From: Minisyncoccota bacterium
GTDB taxonomy: Bacteria > Patescibacteriota > Minisyncoccia > Phycocordibacterales > UBA9973
DNA: 64,000 bases
Reading direction: 5' to 3'
NCBI GenBank assembly: GCA_041659785.1
Contig: JBAZXO010000001.1
Coordinates: forward strand, 86,941-150,940
In this document: in pieces, positions 1 through 9,179 of the stretch
Position numbering within the stretch: position 1 is the first letter of the stretch
How the letters are laid out: each line of letters opens with the position of its first letter
Notes under the pieces: generated by a model
Database searches by the model: none
What the model was told of the DNA's origin: nothing
Seen by the model: the letters and a program-made list of their open reading frames with translations, nothing else
Program-made: the position numbers and the translations under genes

Positions 1-480
1 AATATATTAGTTACTCAATTTTTTGGAAAAACAGAAGCAGGGAAGCGCCTATATGCAAACGGTACACATAGCGGAGTCGATTTTAGAGCTTCTGTGGGCA
101 CTCCAGTGAAAGCTATGGCAAAAGGTGTGGTGACGGGAACTGGAGATATCGATTTACAGTGTCCAGGTGCTTCATTTGGACGTTATGTATTCATTACATA
201 CGACAACGGTTTATCGAGTGTTTATGGACATCTTTCTTTGATTAAAGTAAGTGCCGGTGAAAAGGTTGAAAGAGGGCAAATGGTCGCTTATAGTGGCAAT
301 ACAGGTCATTCTACGGCTCCACATCTGCATGTTTCAGTATATGCCCCTAATGCCGCTGAGATAAAAAGCATACCTAGTAATACATGCCAGGGAAGGGTTT
401 TAACCCAACCCGTGTCACCAATAAATGCTTATCTCGATCCATTATATTTCTTGCCAGCTTCGTATGCAGTAAAAAGGTGA
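1..480 (+). CDS. M23 family metallopeptidase (5'-truncated by window edge)
   Basis: Frame is open from base 1 (NILVTQFFG...THSGVDFRA). Carries M23 motifs HxxxD (HSGVD), YGHL and HLH. Confidence 0.9.
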   Translation, partial: NILVTQFFGKTEAGKRLYANGTHSGVDFRASVGTPVKAMAKGVVTGTGDIDLQCPGASFGRYVFITYDNGLSSVYGHLSLIKVSAGEKVERGQMVAYSGNTGHSTAPHLHVSVYAPNAAEIKSIPSNTCQGRVLTQPVSPINAYLDPLYFLPASYAVKR

Positions 481-516
481 TTATTCAAAATTACCATTCT
501 GTGGTATAATAAAATT

Positions 517-654
517 ATGAAAAATAATCAAAGTGGATTTATTCAAATAATAATTTTTATCATTGTTGCTTTGCTCATAATGAAATTTTTGGGGATAACT
601 GTTTCAGGAGTTTTAAATTGGTTTATGTCATTTTTTAGAGGTGTCTTGAGATAA
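517..654 (+). CDS. 45-aa pilin-like small membrane protein (below ORF-track cutoff)
   Basis: Manual translation MKNNQSG-FIQIIIFIIVALLIMKFLGITVSGVLNWFMSFFRGVLR. Class III-like leader followed by a hydrophobic helix; TGGTATAAT lies 6 nt upstream. Confidence 0.7.
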   Translation: MKNNQSGFIQIIIFIIVALLIMKFLGITVSGVLNWFMSFFRGVLR

Positions 655-657
655 TAT

Positions 658-981
658 ATGAAAAATTTTAATACACAACGTGGTCTAAGCATACTAGGAG
701 TCATTCTCATGGGTGTGCTGATCATCTTGGTGCTCAGCTACTTTAAAGTAAGTATCAGATCTGTTGTAGAAAGCCCCACGGGCCAAGAAAATATCAACTA
801 CGTAGGAGGAGGTACAAAGAGCTTATGGACTACATATTTAGCAGAGCCAGCATCTTATTTATGGAATGATGTCTGGGTAAATATTTTTTGGAAAAGTTTT
901 ATTTCTAACATGGAGCGTATTAGAGATGGGAAGCCCACAGACTTCGATAATGCAGCTAATAACTTAAAAGTTCAGCAGTAG
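658..981 (+). CDS. Pilin-like membrane protein
   Basis: MKNFNTQRG-LSILGVILMGVLIILVL resembles a class III signal peptide plus TM helix. Confidence 0.6.
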   Translation: MKNFNTQRGLSILGVILMGVLIILVLSYFKVSIRSVVESPTGQENINYVGGGTKSLWTTYLAEPASYLWNDVWVNIFWKSFISNMERIRDGKPTDFDNAANNLKVQQ

Positions 982-990
982 TGACCTAAA

Positions 991-1087
991 GCAGATTGTG
1001 CGTACGTTAAAATGTCGCACAATCTACGCTATGTTTGCGGTACCTATATTATAGATATATAGTACCGCAAACATATATTGTGCGACA
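991..1087. repeat. Nested inverted repeats between convergent genes
   Basis: agattgtgcg/cgcacaatct, tatgtttgcggtac/gtaccgcaaacata and tgtcgcacaat/attgtgcgaca. Confidence 0.7.
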
Positions 1088-1097
1088 CGCCTATATA

Positions 1098-1490
1098 TTA
1101 ATTACATGAGCTAGAAAGCGTATATCCGGCCTGCTGTGCTTCTTCCCCTGTCGAAAAGTAGACTCTATTTTCTTGTTTGATAGTTTTACCGGCAGAGCAA
1201 CTAGTCGTGTAGTACTTACTACCCCGACTTGAAGCAAAGAAAGTTTTGCCAAAATTATTTGTTGATGGATTTTGAGTGTCTATAACGGCTGAAACTACGT
1301 TTGCCCCCTGATTAGCATTTTGGTCTGGATATTCGATTTTTAGACCCTCAGAGCTACTTTCCCTGGATAGTCTACCTAGCTCAAATGACCCCAAGCCCAC
1401 TAAAATTACAATTATAACTATTAAAATATCCTTCCCTTTTTCACTTTCGATAAATGACTTGATTTTTTCCATAAAATTATATATACTCAC
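1098..1490 (-). CDS. Membrane-anchored protein with C-terminal Ada metal-binding-like domain
   Basis: N-terminal TM helix; C-terminal ASSRGSKYY..C...IKQENRVYF...EEAQQAGY pattern. Confidence 0.6.
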   Translation of the reverse strand: MSIYNFMEKIKSFIESEKGKDILIVIIVILVGLGSFELGRLSRESSSEGLKIEYPDQNANQGANVVSAVIDTQNPSTNNFGKTFFASSRGSKYYTTSCSAGKTIKQENRVYFSTGEEAQQAGYTLSSSCN

Positions 1491-1539
1491 TCTACATCGA
1501 TTTATAGATGAATTTTAACATTAATTAATATAAAACCAA

Positions 1540-1815
1540 ATGGCACATAGAAAAGCTGGCGGAACCGCGAAAAACTTAAGAGACTCTAATCCACAATACC
1601 TTGGTATAAAGCTTACTGACGGTCAAAAGGCCCAATCTGGCTCTATTATCGTTCGTCAGCGTGGTACAGCTATCATGGCTGGTACAAACGTATCTGTAGG
1701 TAAAGATCATACCCTATTCGCTCTCAAAGACGGCATAGTTAAATTTGGTTCTAAACGCAAAACTTCTTTTAACGGCAAAACTGTAGTTAAAAAAATAGTG
1801 AGTGTAGTAATTTAA
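1540..1815 (+). CDS. rpmA: 50S ribosomal protein L27
   Basis: MAHRKAGG...RDS...LGIK...IIVRQRGT...GKDHTLFA. Confidence 0.98.
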   Translation: MAHRKAGGTAKNLRDSNPQYLGIKLTDGQKAQSGSIIVRQRGTAIMAGTNVSVGKDHTLFALKDGIVKFGSKRKTSFNGKTVVKKIVSVVI

Positions 1816-1832
1816 ACAATAAGCACTATTAA

Positions 1833-1864
1833 ATTAAAAAATCCCCGCTCGGGGATTTTTTAAT
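1833..1864. terminator. Bidirectional intrinsic terminator
   Basis: attaaaaaatcccc-gctc-ggggattttttaat between convergent genes. Confidence 0.85.
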
Positions 1865-1882
1865 AGTGACATAATATTTCTA

Positions 1883-2206
1883 TTATTTTCCTAAACATTC
1901 TTTATATTTGGAGTAACTTTCACTTATAACCAAACAAACTTTTATTTTATTTATATCTGTATAATTTTGATTATTTTCTTTTTGATTAGAGTTATTTTCA
2001 ACGTGAAAGAATATAGTGTCAACTACAATTCCAATAAAAGTTAAACTAATAACAATAACCACAGCAGTCATTATCCAATTTGTTAATTTTAATTTTTTGT
2101 CAGTATAAGAATTTGAGTTTTTTACTGCTTCAGATATAACACGACTTTCTTCAGGACTTAGTATTGTTTGCTGATTATTTTTCATATCTTTATTGGTAGA
2201 TACCAA
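1883..2206 (-). CDS. Hypothetical single-pass membrane protein
   Basis: One hydrophobic segment (WIMTAVVIVISLTFIGIVV); last gene of the HEPN cassette. True start may be 2185. Confidence 0.55.
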   Translation of the reverse strand: MVSTNKDMKNNQQTILSPEESRVISEAVKNSNSYTDKKLKLTNWIMTAVVIVISLTFIGIVVDTIFFHVENNSNQKENNQNYTDINKIKVCLVISESYSKYKECLGK

Positions 2207-2408
2207 TTATATCTAATCTCTCGCCCACTCTTCTAACCTGGAAATATTTATCAGTAAATAAAGTAAAATCTATTCCTGCAAAAGACACACCTCTGTTAAA
2301 ACGTACACCTGGACCAAACAAAACACCACTAACACTAATAGGTTGTCTTGGTTCAATAGAACCATCAGGATAAGTTATAAATATATCGTTAAAACTTAAT
2401 CTTTCCAT
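2190..2408 (-). CDS. Hypothetical 72-aa protein
   Basis: Tightly packed ORF with Gly/aromatic-rich, beta-like sequence. Confidence 0.6.
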   Translation of the reverse strand: MERLSFNDIFITYPDGSIEPRQPISVSGVLFGPGVRFNRGVSFAGIDFTLFTDKYFQVRRVGERLDIIGIYQ

Positions 2409-2413
2409 TATTT

Positions 2414-2761
2414 TTATGTTGATTTTATAATTTCAGCCACATGAACCATATTACCGTTTACGGGTTGATTACTAAAAGTTGCTCCGGATTTATATTTTAA
2501 TAATTCTTCAACCAAATGTTCATCTTTTGAGAAAATGCTTATCTTTGCTATTTCATTTACTTCTTCTGGTGAAAAATCTGTCAAAATATAATTTCTTATC
2601 ATGTTAAACACTTCATCCCTGTTTTGAATAGTTGCCCATGTAGCAGAAAATACGATCGTCCATTTATCGATTAAATCGTCCATCTTTAATAAGGCAAGCA
2701 AATCAACTTTCCCCTTTTCTTTTTCTATTTTCTCTAAAATTTTCTTTAGTTTCTCTACCAT
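2414..2761 (-). CDS. HEPN-associated protein (possible degenerate nucleotidyltransferase-like partner)
   Basis: Overlaps the HEPN gene stop. The EKGKVDLLALL...DKWTIVFSATW pattern resembles partners seen next to HEPN genes. Confidence 0.5.
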   Translation of the reverse strand: MVEKLKKILEKIEKEKGKVDLLALLKMDDLIDKWTIVFSATWATIQNRDEVFNMIRNYILTDFSPEEVNEIAKISIFSKDEHLVEELLKYKSGATFSNQPVNGNMVHVAEIIKST

Positions 2762-3198
2762 CTTTTTTCTTCTTCTATTGCTTTTATAATACCATTTTTT
2801 AAAAAAGTATGCATGTTTTTTACTTTTTCTTCTGTAAATTGTTTTGCATAAATATCGTATCTCAGATCAGTCCATTTTCCTTGATATTCTTGTGTAAAAC
2901 CTGACCACTGACTTGAATATTTTCCAGTAAGAGTAAAAATATCTGATAACCCAGAAACAACTAGTAATTGATCAAAATTATGCGTTCTAAAATATGCTGC
3001 TACCTCTTGTTTTACACCATTTCCGAATTCTGGATATTTGGATAAATGTAACGTTTTACAAGAGGCTGCTTTTAAGACACACTCAAGAACGAAACCCATT
3101 ATATAAGCTGCCATTAACCACTCGCCTGCTTCTATGAGAAATTCTGCCGTAGTTAGTCTTTCAGATGCTAATTTTTTAAACTCATTTTGAGTAGCCAT
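2755..3198 (-). CDS. HEPN domain protein
   Basis: LA.ERL..AE.L...G.W..AAY..G..LEC.LKA, THNF.QLL and DLRY motifs. Confidence 0.8.
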   Translation of the reverse strand: MATQNEFKKLASERLTTAEFLIEAGEWLMAAYIMGFVLECVLKAASCKTLHLSKYPEFGNGVKQEVAAYFRTHNFDQLLVVSGLSDIFTLTGKYSSQWSGFTQEYQGKWTDLRYDIYAKQFTEEKVKNMHTFLKNGIIKAIEEEKRW

Positions 3199-3215
3199 TG
3201 TAAAAATACGATCTT

Positions 3216-3659
3216 TTAAATTTTCTCTACGACTAGTTTAAAGAAAGATTTCTTTCCTTTTATCTCAATTGGGATCTCATACTCCCCTATTTCTTTTATT
3301 GGTTTTTCTAAGACGATGAACTCTACACTGATGTCAGCATGATGTTGGCTTTTCATTTCTTCTACGAGTTCTTTGCTGTGAATACCTGAAAATAAATGTC
3401 CTTTTTCATCTGCTTTTGCAGATATTTTTAGGACTTTTTCTTTTATTTCTTCTAAATTTTTCATCAAGAGGTCATCTTGTATTTGTCTTTCTACGACGAG
3501 CTCCTTTTTGTGTTTTTCTAATAACTCTACAGCTTTAGGTGTAGCGAGTTCGGCAAGTTTCCTCGGAACTAAAAAGTTCATCGCGTAGCCGTCGTTTACT
3601 TCTTTGATGTCATATCTTTTGCCTACCTTGGGTACATCTTGTAAAAAAATAACTTTCAT
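3216..3659 (-). CDS. rplI: 50S ribosomal protein L9
   Basis: MKVIFLQDV..VGK..DIKEV.DGYA.NFLVP. Confidence 0.97.
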   Translation of the reverse strand: MKVIFLQDVPKVGKRYDIKEVNDGYAMNFLVPRKLAELATPKAVELLEKHKKELVVERQIQDDLLMKNLEEIKEKVLKISAKADEKGHLFSGIHSKELVEEMKSQHHADISVEFIVLEKPIKEIGEYEIPIEIKGKKSFFKLVVEKI

Positions 3660-3664
3660 ATGAA

Positions 3665-4891
3665 TTAGTATTTAGGTGCTAATAATAATTCTACTGCTTT
3701 ATCGAGCTGAGGATCTTTCTTTGCTTCGAAATCTTTTTGAGTATTTTCAACTACATAGTCTGGGGTCAAACCTTTTTCTGAAATAGAAGTTCCGTTTGGT
3801 GTGAGCCATTTTGCTACAGTAATTTTCAAGATAGTATCTCCTGTAATCTTTACGACTTCTTGTACAGAGCCTTTACCGAAGCTTTGTGAGCCTACTAGTT
3901 TTGCACGTCCGTTGTCTTGCATTGCACCAGCGAGAATTTCAGAAGCAGATGCAGAACCGCCATCTATCAAGATTACAAATTTTAATTTATTAGTAAAGAT
4001 GTCATAACCCTTACTTCTGAACACTTCAGCTGTTTTGTTGTTGCCGTAGTCTTCAGTTACTATCGTTTTGCCTTCTTTTAAGAACCAGCTAGATATGTCT
4101 ACGGCTGCGTCCAAATATCCTCCAGGGTTCCCTCGTAAGTCAAGCAAGAGCTTGTCTTTTCCTGAGTCTACGAACTCTTTCATTGCATTACGGAAAAGAT
4201 TTGCAGAGTTGGCAGAGAAGCTATAAAGTTTAATTACAAAAATTCCATCTTTTCTAACTTCAGTATCTAGTGTAGGTATATCGATCGTATCTCTTACTAT
4301 TGTGATATCTTTTGGCTGATGTAATCCTTCACGGAAAATAGTGAGAGTAACCGGTGTACCCTTTGGCCCACGGATCAACTTGATGGCTTCTTCGATACTC
4401 AGACCAGTCGTGATTTTTTTATCAATCTTAAGAATTTTGTCACCGGACTTTATATCTGCTCTATAGGCTGGAGTATTTTTAAGCGGAGCGATGACCGTGA
4501 GGACTTTATCTTTCATTCCAACTTCCATACCGATACCATCGAAATTCCCTGCTATTTCATCTTCGAAAGACTTTGCCTCGTCTGGGGCAAAAAATACGCT
4601 ATATGGGTCATTTAAAGAGCCTGCAAGGCCTGAAATTGCCCCATAAACTCTATTCTGATCAGTTATTTTATTAGCAGATGGGTACTTTTCATTTATCGTA
4701 TTCCAAACTTTCCAAAATGGAGCGAAGTCAGCACCAGTGGCGACCTGAGGTTCCTTTCCAGATATACCGGTGATCTTGTCTATCTCGGGGCGATTGTGGT
4801 CTCCGATATAAATACCAAAAAGAAAAAATACAGCTACAAAAAAAATAGTAGCAGTAATTGATGTACGTTTTGTTGTAAAAAATTCTTTCAT
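3665..4891 (-). CDS. ctpA: S41 C-terminal processing protease with PDZ domain
   Basis: DLRGNPGG, SASASEI and SFGKGSVQ motifs. Confidence 0.93.
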   Translation of the reverse strand: MKEFFTTKRTSITATIFFVAVFFLFGIYIGDHNRPEIDKITGISGKEPQVATGADFAPFWKVWNTINEKYPSANKITDQNRVYGAISGLAGSLNDPYSVFFAPDEAKSFEDEIAGNFDGIGMEVGMKDKVLTVIAPLKNTPAYRADIKSGDKILKIDKKITTGLSIEEAIKLIRGPKGTPVTLTIFREGLHQPKDITIVRDTIDIPTLDTEVRKDGIFVIKLYSFSANSANLFRNAMKEFVDSGKDKLLLDLRGNPGGYLDAAVDISSWFLKEGKTIVTEDYGNNKTAEVFRSKGYDIFTNKLKFVILIDGGSASASEILAGAMQDNGRAKLVGSQSFGKGSVQEVVKITGDTILKITVAKWLTPNGTSISEKGLTPDYVVENTQKDFEAKKDPQLDKAVELLLAPKY

Positions 4892-4908
4892 GCAGTATTT
4901 ATTTTAAG

Positions 4909-5130
4909 TTATATTTCTGTCTCGTTAAAATTACTGTTTTCTCTAAAATTATCAAAAGGTTCACTGGGAGCTTCTAGTTCTTTGTAGTCTTTGTACAAGA
5001 GATAACTAAAAAATATAAGAACGAGTCCAGAGACAGTGAACAAGATGTCTTTCCAAGAATAAGAAAATCCCAAGTAAGGCAAAATCGCCATACAAACACC
5101 TAAAATTAAAAGTATACGTGCTTTTCGCAT
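4909..5130 (-). CDS. Small two-TM hypothetical protein
   Basis: Two hydrophobic helices. Start moved to MRKARI, which has TATAAT 6 nt upstream. Confidence 0.65.
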   Translation of the reverse strand: MRKARILLILGVCMAILPYLGFSYSWKDILFTVSGLVLIFFSYLLYKDYKELEAPSEPFDNFRENSNFNETEI

Positions 5131-5182
5131 AAATACATTATATTTCATCAATACCTGAAATGCAAATACTAAATTATTTCGA

Positions 5183-6895
5183 TTATTTGAAGTATTCTGG
5201 AGTATTTATAGACATCCAATCGAAGAGTCCACGTGCTATAGATGAAGCTCCGACACTGTTTGTATTTGGTCCAGCTTCCATCATTATTGCAAATGCGTAT
5301 TTAGGATTTTCGTATGGGAAAAAGCCAATGACCCAAGAGTTCACTTTGTTTTTTGCGACACCGAGCTGAGCAGTACCAGTCTTCGCCGCGACTTGTACAT
5401 AAGGTACATTTAATGATGCTGCAGTTCCCGTAGTGACAGCGAGCCTCATACCTTGATGCACAATATCAAAATAATCTTTTTTCAAATCTAAAACAGTAAA
5501 TTGATTTTCTTTTGCAGTATCACCCAATACTAAATGCGGAGTTAATAATTTTCCATTGTTTGCGATAGATCCGACAGCGCGAATCATTTCCATCGGAGTC
5601 ACCTGAAAGCCGTATTGTCCGATGGCAGTATGGTAAGTGTCTCCAATACGCCAAGGATCACCCTTGAAGTTTTTCATTTTCCATTCTGGGCTAGGTATTG
5701 TTCCAAGTTTTTCATCTGGCAAGTCGACTCCAGTTTTTTCTCCAAAGCCGAAAAGTTTTGCATACTTTTCGATATTTGCTATGCCGAGTCCTTTTTGTCC
5801 TTGGTAACCTCCCCCAACTTCATAAAAATATACATCTGAAGATACCGCTATCGCCTCCATCATATTCGTCCAGCCATTTACTCGCCAGTCTTTAAAAACA
5901 GTTTTTTGGTCTGGGAAATAGGGGTTTGGTATAGATATAGAACCCGTAGAAAGGATTTTCTTATATGGATCGATTACACCTTCTGTGAGGGCTCCCATCG
6001 AGAAGAATGGTTTGACGATTGAGCCAGGAGTATAGAGTCCAGAGATATCTCTATCTAAGAAAACTTTCCTTTTGTCGGTCAGATAGCTTTTTATTTGTGG
6101 TGCATCTTTTCCAAATGAAAGAACTTCCGAATTATATTCAGGGAAACTCGTAGAAGTCAAAAGTTCTCCATTATTTATGTCCATGATTATACCTGATCCA
6201 CCGGTGAATGTTTTATTTTCTGAAAGATTTTTAATTAAAGAAAATAATTCTTTTTGTATTCTCGAATCTATTGTTGTCACTAGGTCAGCACCTTGCTTCG
6301 GTGTATTTACAATATTTTCTGAATAGATTTTTCCTCGGGCGTCTGTCTCTATTATTTTCGCTCCATTTTCTCCTTTGAGAATATCGTTGTATTGTTTTTC
6401 CAAGCCATCTTTACCGATAAATTCCCCTTGCCAATAGTTTCCAGAGCTGTCTACTGTAGGATAGCTCACGTAGCCTAAAAGATGAGAAAATCCTGGTGAT
6501 ATATAGCTACGAGTAGGGATAGAGGTCAGCTCGCCGTCCATGCTTTCTTCGGTTTTCTTGTTCCAGGTTAATTCTACTTTATTGCGATCATAGATGATGC
6601 CTCGGTCTGTAAAAAGAACAGCTTTCTCTAAGACATTGTTCTGGCTCCTCTCAAAATAAGCATTACCTTTATGTATTTGTAGATATACAAGGCGAGTAGC
6701 AAAAATTCCCGTAAAAGCTAAAAATAAAATGCCGAGTAAAAAGATAGTTTTTTTAGGGATTGGTTTCTCTATTCGGCCTTCGAATTGTTGTCGGTCGAAG
6801 TTTTGTAAATTTTTTGAATCAAGAAAAATCTCATCGGGTTCGACGAAAGAATTTTTTTGTTTCAAATTATTTTTCTTTAATATTCTTCGTATCAT
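5183..6895 (-). CDS. mrdA: Penicillin-binding protein 2 (class B transpeptidase)
   Basis: SxxK (PGSIVK), SSD and KTG motifs; N-terminal TM helix. Confidence 0.88.
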   Translation of the reverse strand: MIRRILKKNNLKQKNSFVEPDEIFLDSKNLQNFDRQQFEGRIEKPIPKKTIFLLGILFLAFTGIFATRLVYLQIHKGNAYFERSQNNVLEKAVLFTDRGIIYDRNKVELTWNKKTEESMDGELTSIPTRSYISPGFSHLLGYVSYPTVDSSGNYWQGEFIGKDGLEKQYNDILKGENGAKIIETDARGKIYSENIVNTPKQGADLVTTIDSRIQKELFSLIKNLSENKTFTGGSGIIMDINNGELLTSTSFPEYNSEVLSFGKDAPQIKSYLTDKRKVFLDRDISGLYTPGSIVKPFFSMGALTEGVIDPYKKILSTGSISIPNPYFPDQKTVFKDWRVNGWTNMMEAIAVSSDVYFYEVGGGYQGQKGLGIANIEKYAKLFGFGEKTGVDLPDEKLGTIPSPEWKMKNFKGDPWRIGDTYHTAIGQYGFQVTPMEMIRAVGSIANNGKLLTPHLVLGDTAKENQFTVLDLKKDYFDIVHQGMRLAVTTGTAASLNVPYVQVAAKTGTAQLGVAKNKVNSWVIGFFPYENPKYAFAIMMEAGPNTNSVGASSIARGLFDWMSINTPEYFK

Positions 6896-6910
6896 TTTAA
6901 TTTAGCAAAA

Positions 6911-7174
6911 TTACGAATAGTATTTTACTTTCTTTTTTGTTATTTCTATCACGATTAATAATATTATAGATAAAACAAAAGAAGAAAAAATTATCGTAAA
7001 GTTTTTCGTATCTTTTATCCCATAAAGTAGATCTGATAAAAGTAATAATAAAATTGCTTCCCAGAATATTGGGAAATATGCCATTGCTAAAATAGCTAAT
7101 ATTATAGATAGCCAAATAGGCATGAATAATATTGAGAATAATAGGACAAGAGATGCAAAAATTCGAAGTATCAT
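6911..7174 (-). CDS. Small integral membrane protein
   Basis: Almost fully hydrophobic; lies immediately upstream of PBP2. Confidence 0.6.
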   Translation of the reverse strand: MILRIFASLVLLFSILFMPIWLSIILAILAMAYFPIFWEAILLLLLSDLLYGIKDTKNFTIIFSSFVLSIILLIVIEITKKKVKYYS

Positions 7175-7216
7175 TCCTTCATATTACACGTTTTGACTCA
7201 AAATACAAAATATTTT

Positions 7217-8095
7217 TTAGTTAAAAATTAAACGTTTAAGTGCGCGTAGAATATAAAAAAGAATAACAAGAATAGATCCATAAAAGATAAATGGGTTGTT
7301 AACGACAAATGACAAGAAGGTGAAAAAGAAAAGCTCTATATATTTAAATGGTTTTAGAAAACTATTTGATTGAGTGTTTGTGTTGGGTGCACTTTTTGAT
7401 TTAGAAGTGTCAGTTTTTACGGCATCCAAAGCTTTTATCTGACTTTGAACTTCAGCTTTTTTATTATCCGAACTAGTCCCTACGTCGGTACGGAATTGTT
7501 CGACAGCATTTGTGGTAGAGACTATGGGGTCAGATATAAACTTCGGTGTATTCTCCCCTACTATCTTTTGAATAGTTTTTGTTGATTCAGTGCTGGCTGT
7601 ACTGATGGTGTCTAAGATAGAGTTAGCGTTTTTACTCGTATCAGTTGTATTTGTAGTGATTTTTTTTGTTACAGTACGCACACTTTTACTCGTTTCATTT
7701 TCTGCTAAGAATACTTCTTCATATTTACCAGCAGATATTAAAAATTTAGCATTTTCAATCTTGCCGAAGATATTGTGTGTTCCGACATTGGCTGTCCAGT
7801 CTACAGATATGTCCTTGATCCCTTTTGCAGGAGCGACGAAATCTTTCTTAGCTAAAAATACATCATTATCAAAAAATACTACTGTACCCGAGAGTTCTCT
7901 GTTGTCTGGATTGAAAACGAGAGCATATATTTTTATCTTGTCCCCTTCTTCGAAAGGATCTTTTGAATACCAAATATTTCCTGGTACAAAGCCGACATTA
8001 GAATTTTGTGCATGAATATTATTTACTGGCAAGAGAGAAAAAAATAATAACAATATTACTACAATATTTTTCTTTAAATTATTTTCCCATGTCAT
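7217..8095 (-). CDS. Secreted/membrane-anchored protein with Ig-like (CARDB-like) domain
   Basis: Signal peptide, beta-rich N-terminal domain, Thr/Ser-rich linker, C-terminal TM helices. Confidence 0.6.
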   Translation of the reverse strand: MTWENNLKKNIVVILLLFFSLLPVNNIHAQNSNVGFVPGNIWYSKDPFEEGDKIKIYALVFNPDNRELSGTVVFFDNDVFLAKKDFVAPAKGIKDISVDWTANVGTHNIFGKIENAKFLISAGKYEEVFLAENETSKSVRTVTKKITTNTTDTSKNANSILDTISTASTESTKTIQKIVGENTPKFISDPIVSTTNAVEQFRTDVGTSSDNKKAEVQSQIKALDAVKTDTSKSKSAPNTNTQSNSFLKPFKYIELFFFTFLSFVVNNPFIFYGSILVILFYILRALKRLIFN

Positions 8096-9149
8096 ATTTC
8101 TCGAGGTAAGAAGTTAGCTGTCTACTTACTTTTATAAAAGTAGCTCTTTGAGGGAATTCTTTTAATTGCCTTGCTCCTATGTAGGTGGCTGTGCTTCGGA
8201 GTGAACCCAGCATGTCCTGAATGAAAACGTGTATGTCTCCTTTGTGTGGTATGAGGGTATATCTGCCTTCGCTTGCTCTGTGGGCATCCTTTTTGCCATA
8301 GAAATCTTGCATTGCTTTATTTGAAGAAGAGCCGAAATATTCTTTAAATTTTTGACCATTTTTAACTATAGTTTTACCTCCACTTTGTTCAAAGCCAGAA
8401 AACATTGATCCAAATAAATTAAAATCTGCGCCTCCACAGAAAGCCTTAGCAATGTCTGAAGGATATTGTTGTCCTCCATCGGCGATGATTCTGCCGACAC
8501 TCATACCATTTGCTATTCCGTGTGCAGAGTCCGCACATTCTATGACAGCAGAAAGCTGAGGGTATCCTACACCAGTCATTTTCCTCGTGGTACATGCTGA
8601 GCCTGGGCCGATACCAATCTTTACAATATCTGCTCCAGCTAAAATAATTTCTTCAGTAATTTCATTAGTTGCCACATTTCCTGCGATGATGATATGTTTC
8701 GGACACATCTTCCTGACATCTCTTATCGTTTCAAGGAAATTTTGCAAATATCCGTTTGGCACATCAAGGCAAATAAAAGAAAACTTTTCGAGTAAGCCTT
8801 TTTCTTTCATTAATTTTAATTGTTTGATATCTTGTTCGCGTATTCCTGAGGTGTATGCAATAAAGTCTGGGTCATCAAAAGTTTTAAAAAATTTCTCGTA
8901 ATCTTTAATAGAATAATATTTATGAAAAGTCGTAATCATTTTATACTTGGAAAGTATTTTAGCCATTTCAAAGGTTCCGCACGTGGCCATGTTCGCAGTC
9001 ATTATGGGAATGCCAGTCCACTTTTTAGGAGAGTGGTAAAAAGAAAAAGTCCTCTCGAGGATGACATCTTTCCTAGATTTTAGGGTGCTTCTTTTAGGCC
9101 GAAGCAATACGTCTTGATAATCTAATTTTACATCATCTATTATTCTCAT
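8079..9149 (-). CDS. guaC: GMP reductase
   Basis: DVLLRPKRSTLKSR, LDVPNGY and GIGPGSACTTR motifs. Start set at MRIIDD. Confidence 0.93.
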   Translation of the reverse strand: MRIIDDVKLDYQDVLLRPKRSTLKSRKDVILERTFSFYHSPKKWTGIPIMTANMATCGTFEMAKILSKYKMITTFHKYYSIKDYEKFFKTFDDPDFIAYTSGIREQDIKQLKLMKEKGLLEKFSFICLDVPNGYLQNFLETIRDVRKMCPKHIIIAGNVATNEITEEIILAGADIVKIGIGPGSACTTRKMTGVGYPQLSAVIECADSAHGIANGMSVGRIIADGGQQYPSDIAKAFCGGADFNLFGSMFSGFEQSGGKTIVKNGQKFKEYFGSSSNKAMQDFYGKKDAHRASEGRYTLIPHKGDIHVFIQDMLGSLRSTATYIGARQLKEFPQRATFIKVSRQLTSYLEKYDMGK

Positions 9150-9179
9150 ATTTAAAGTATACACTATTTTTGTTATACT

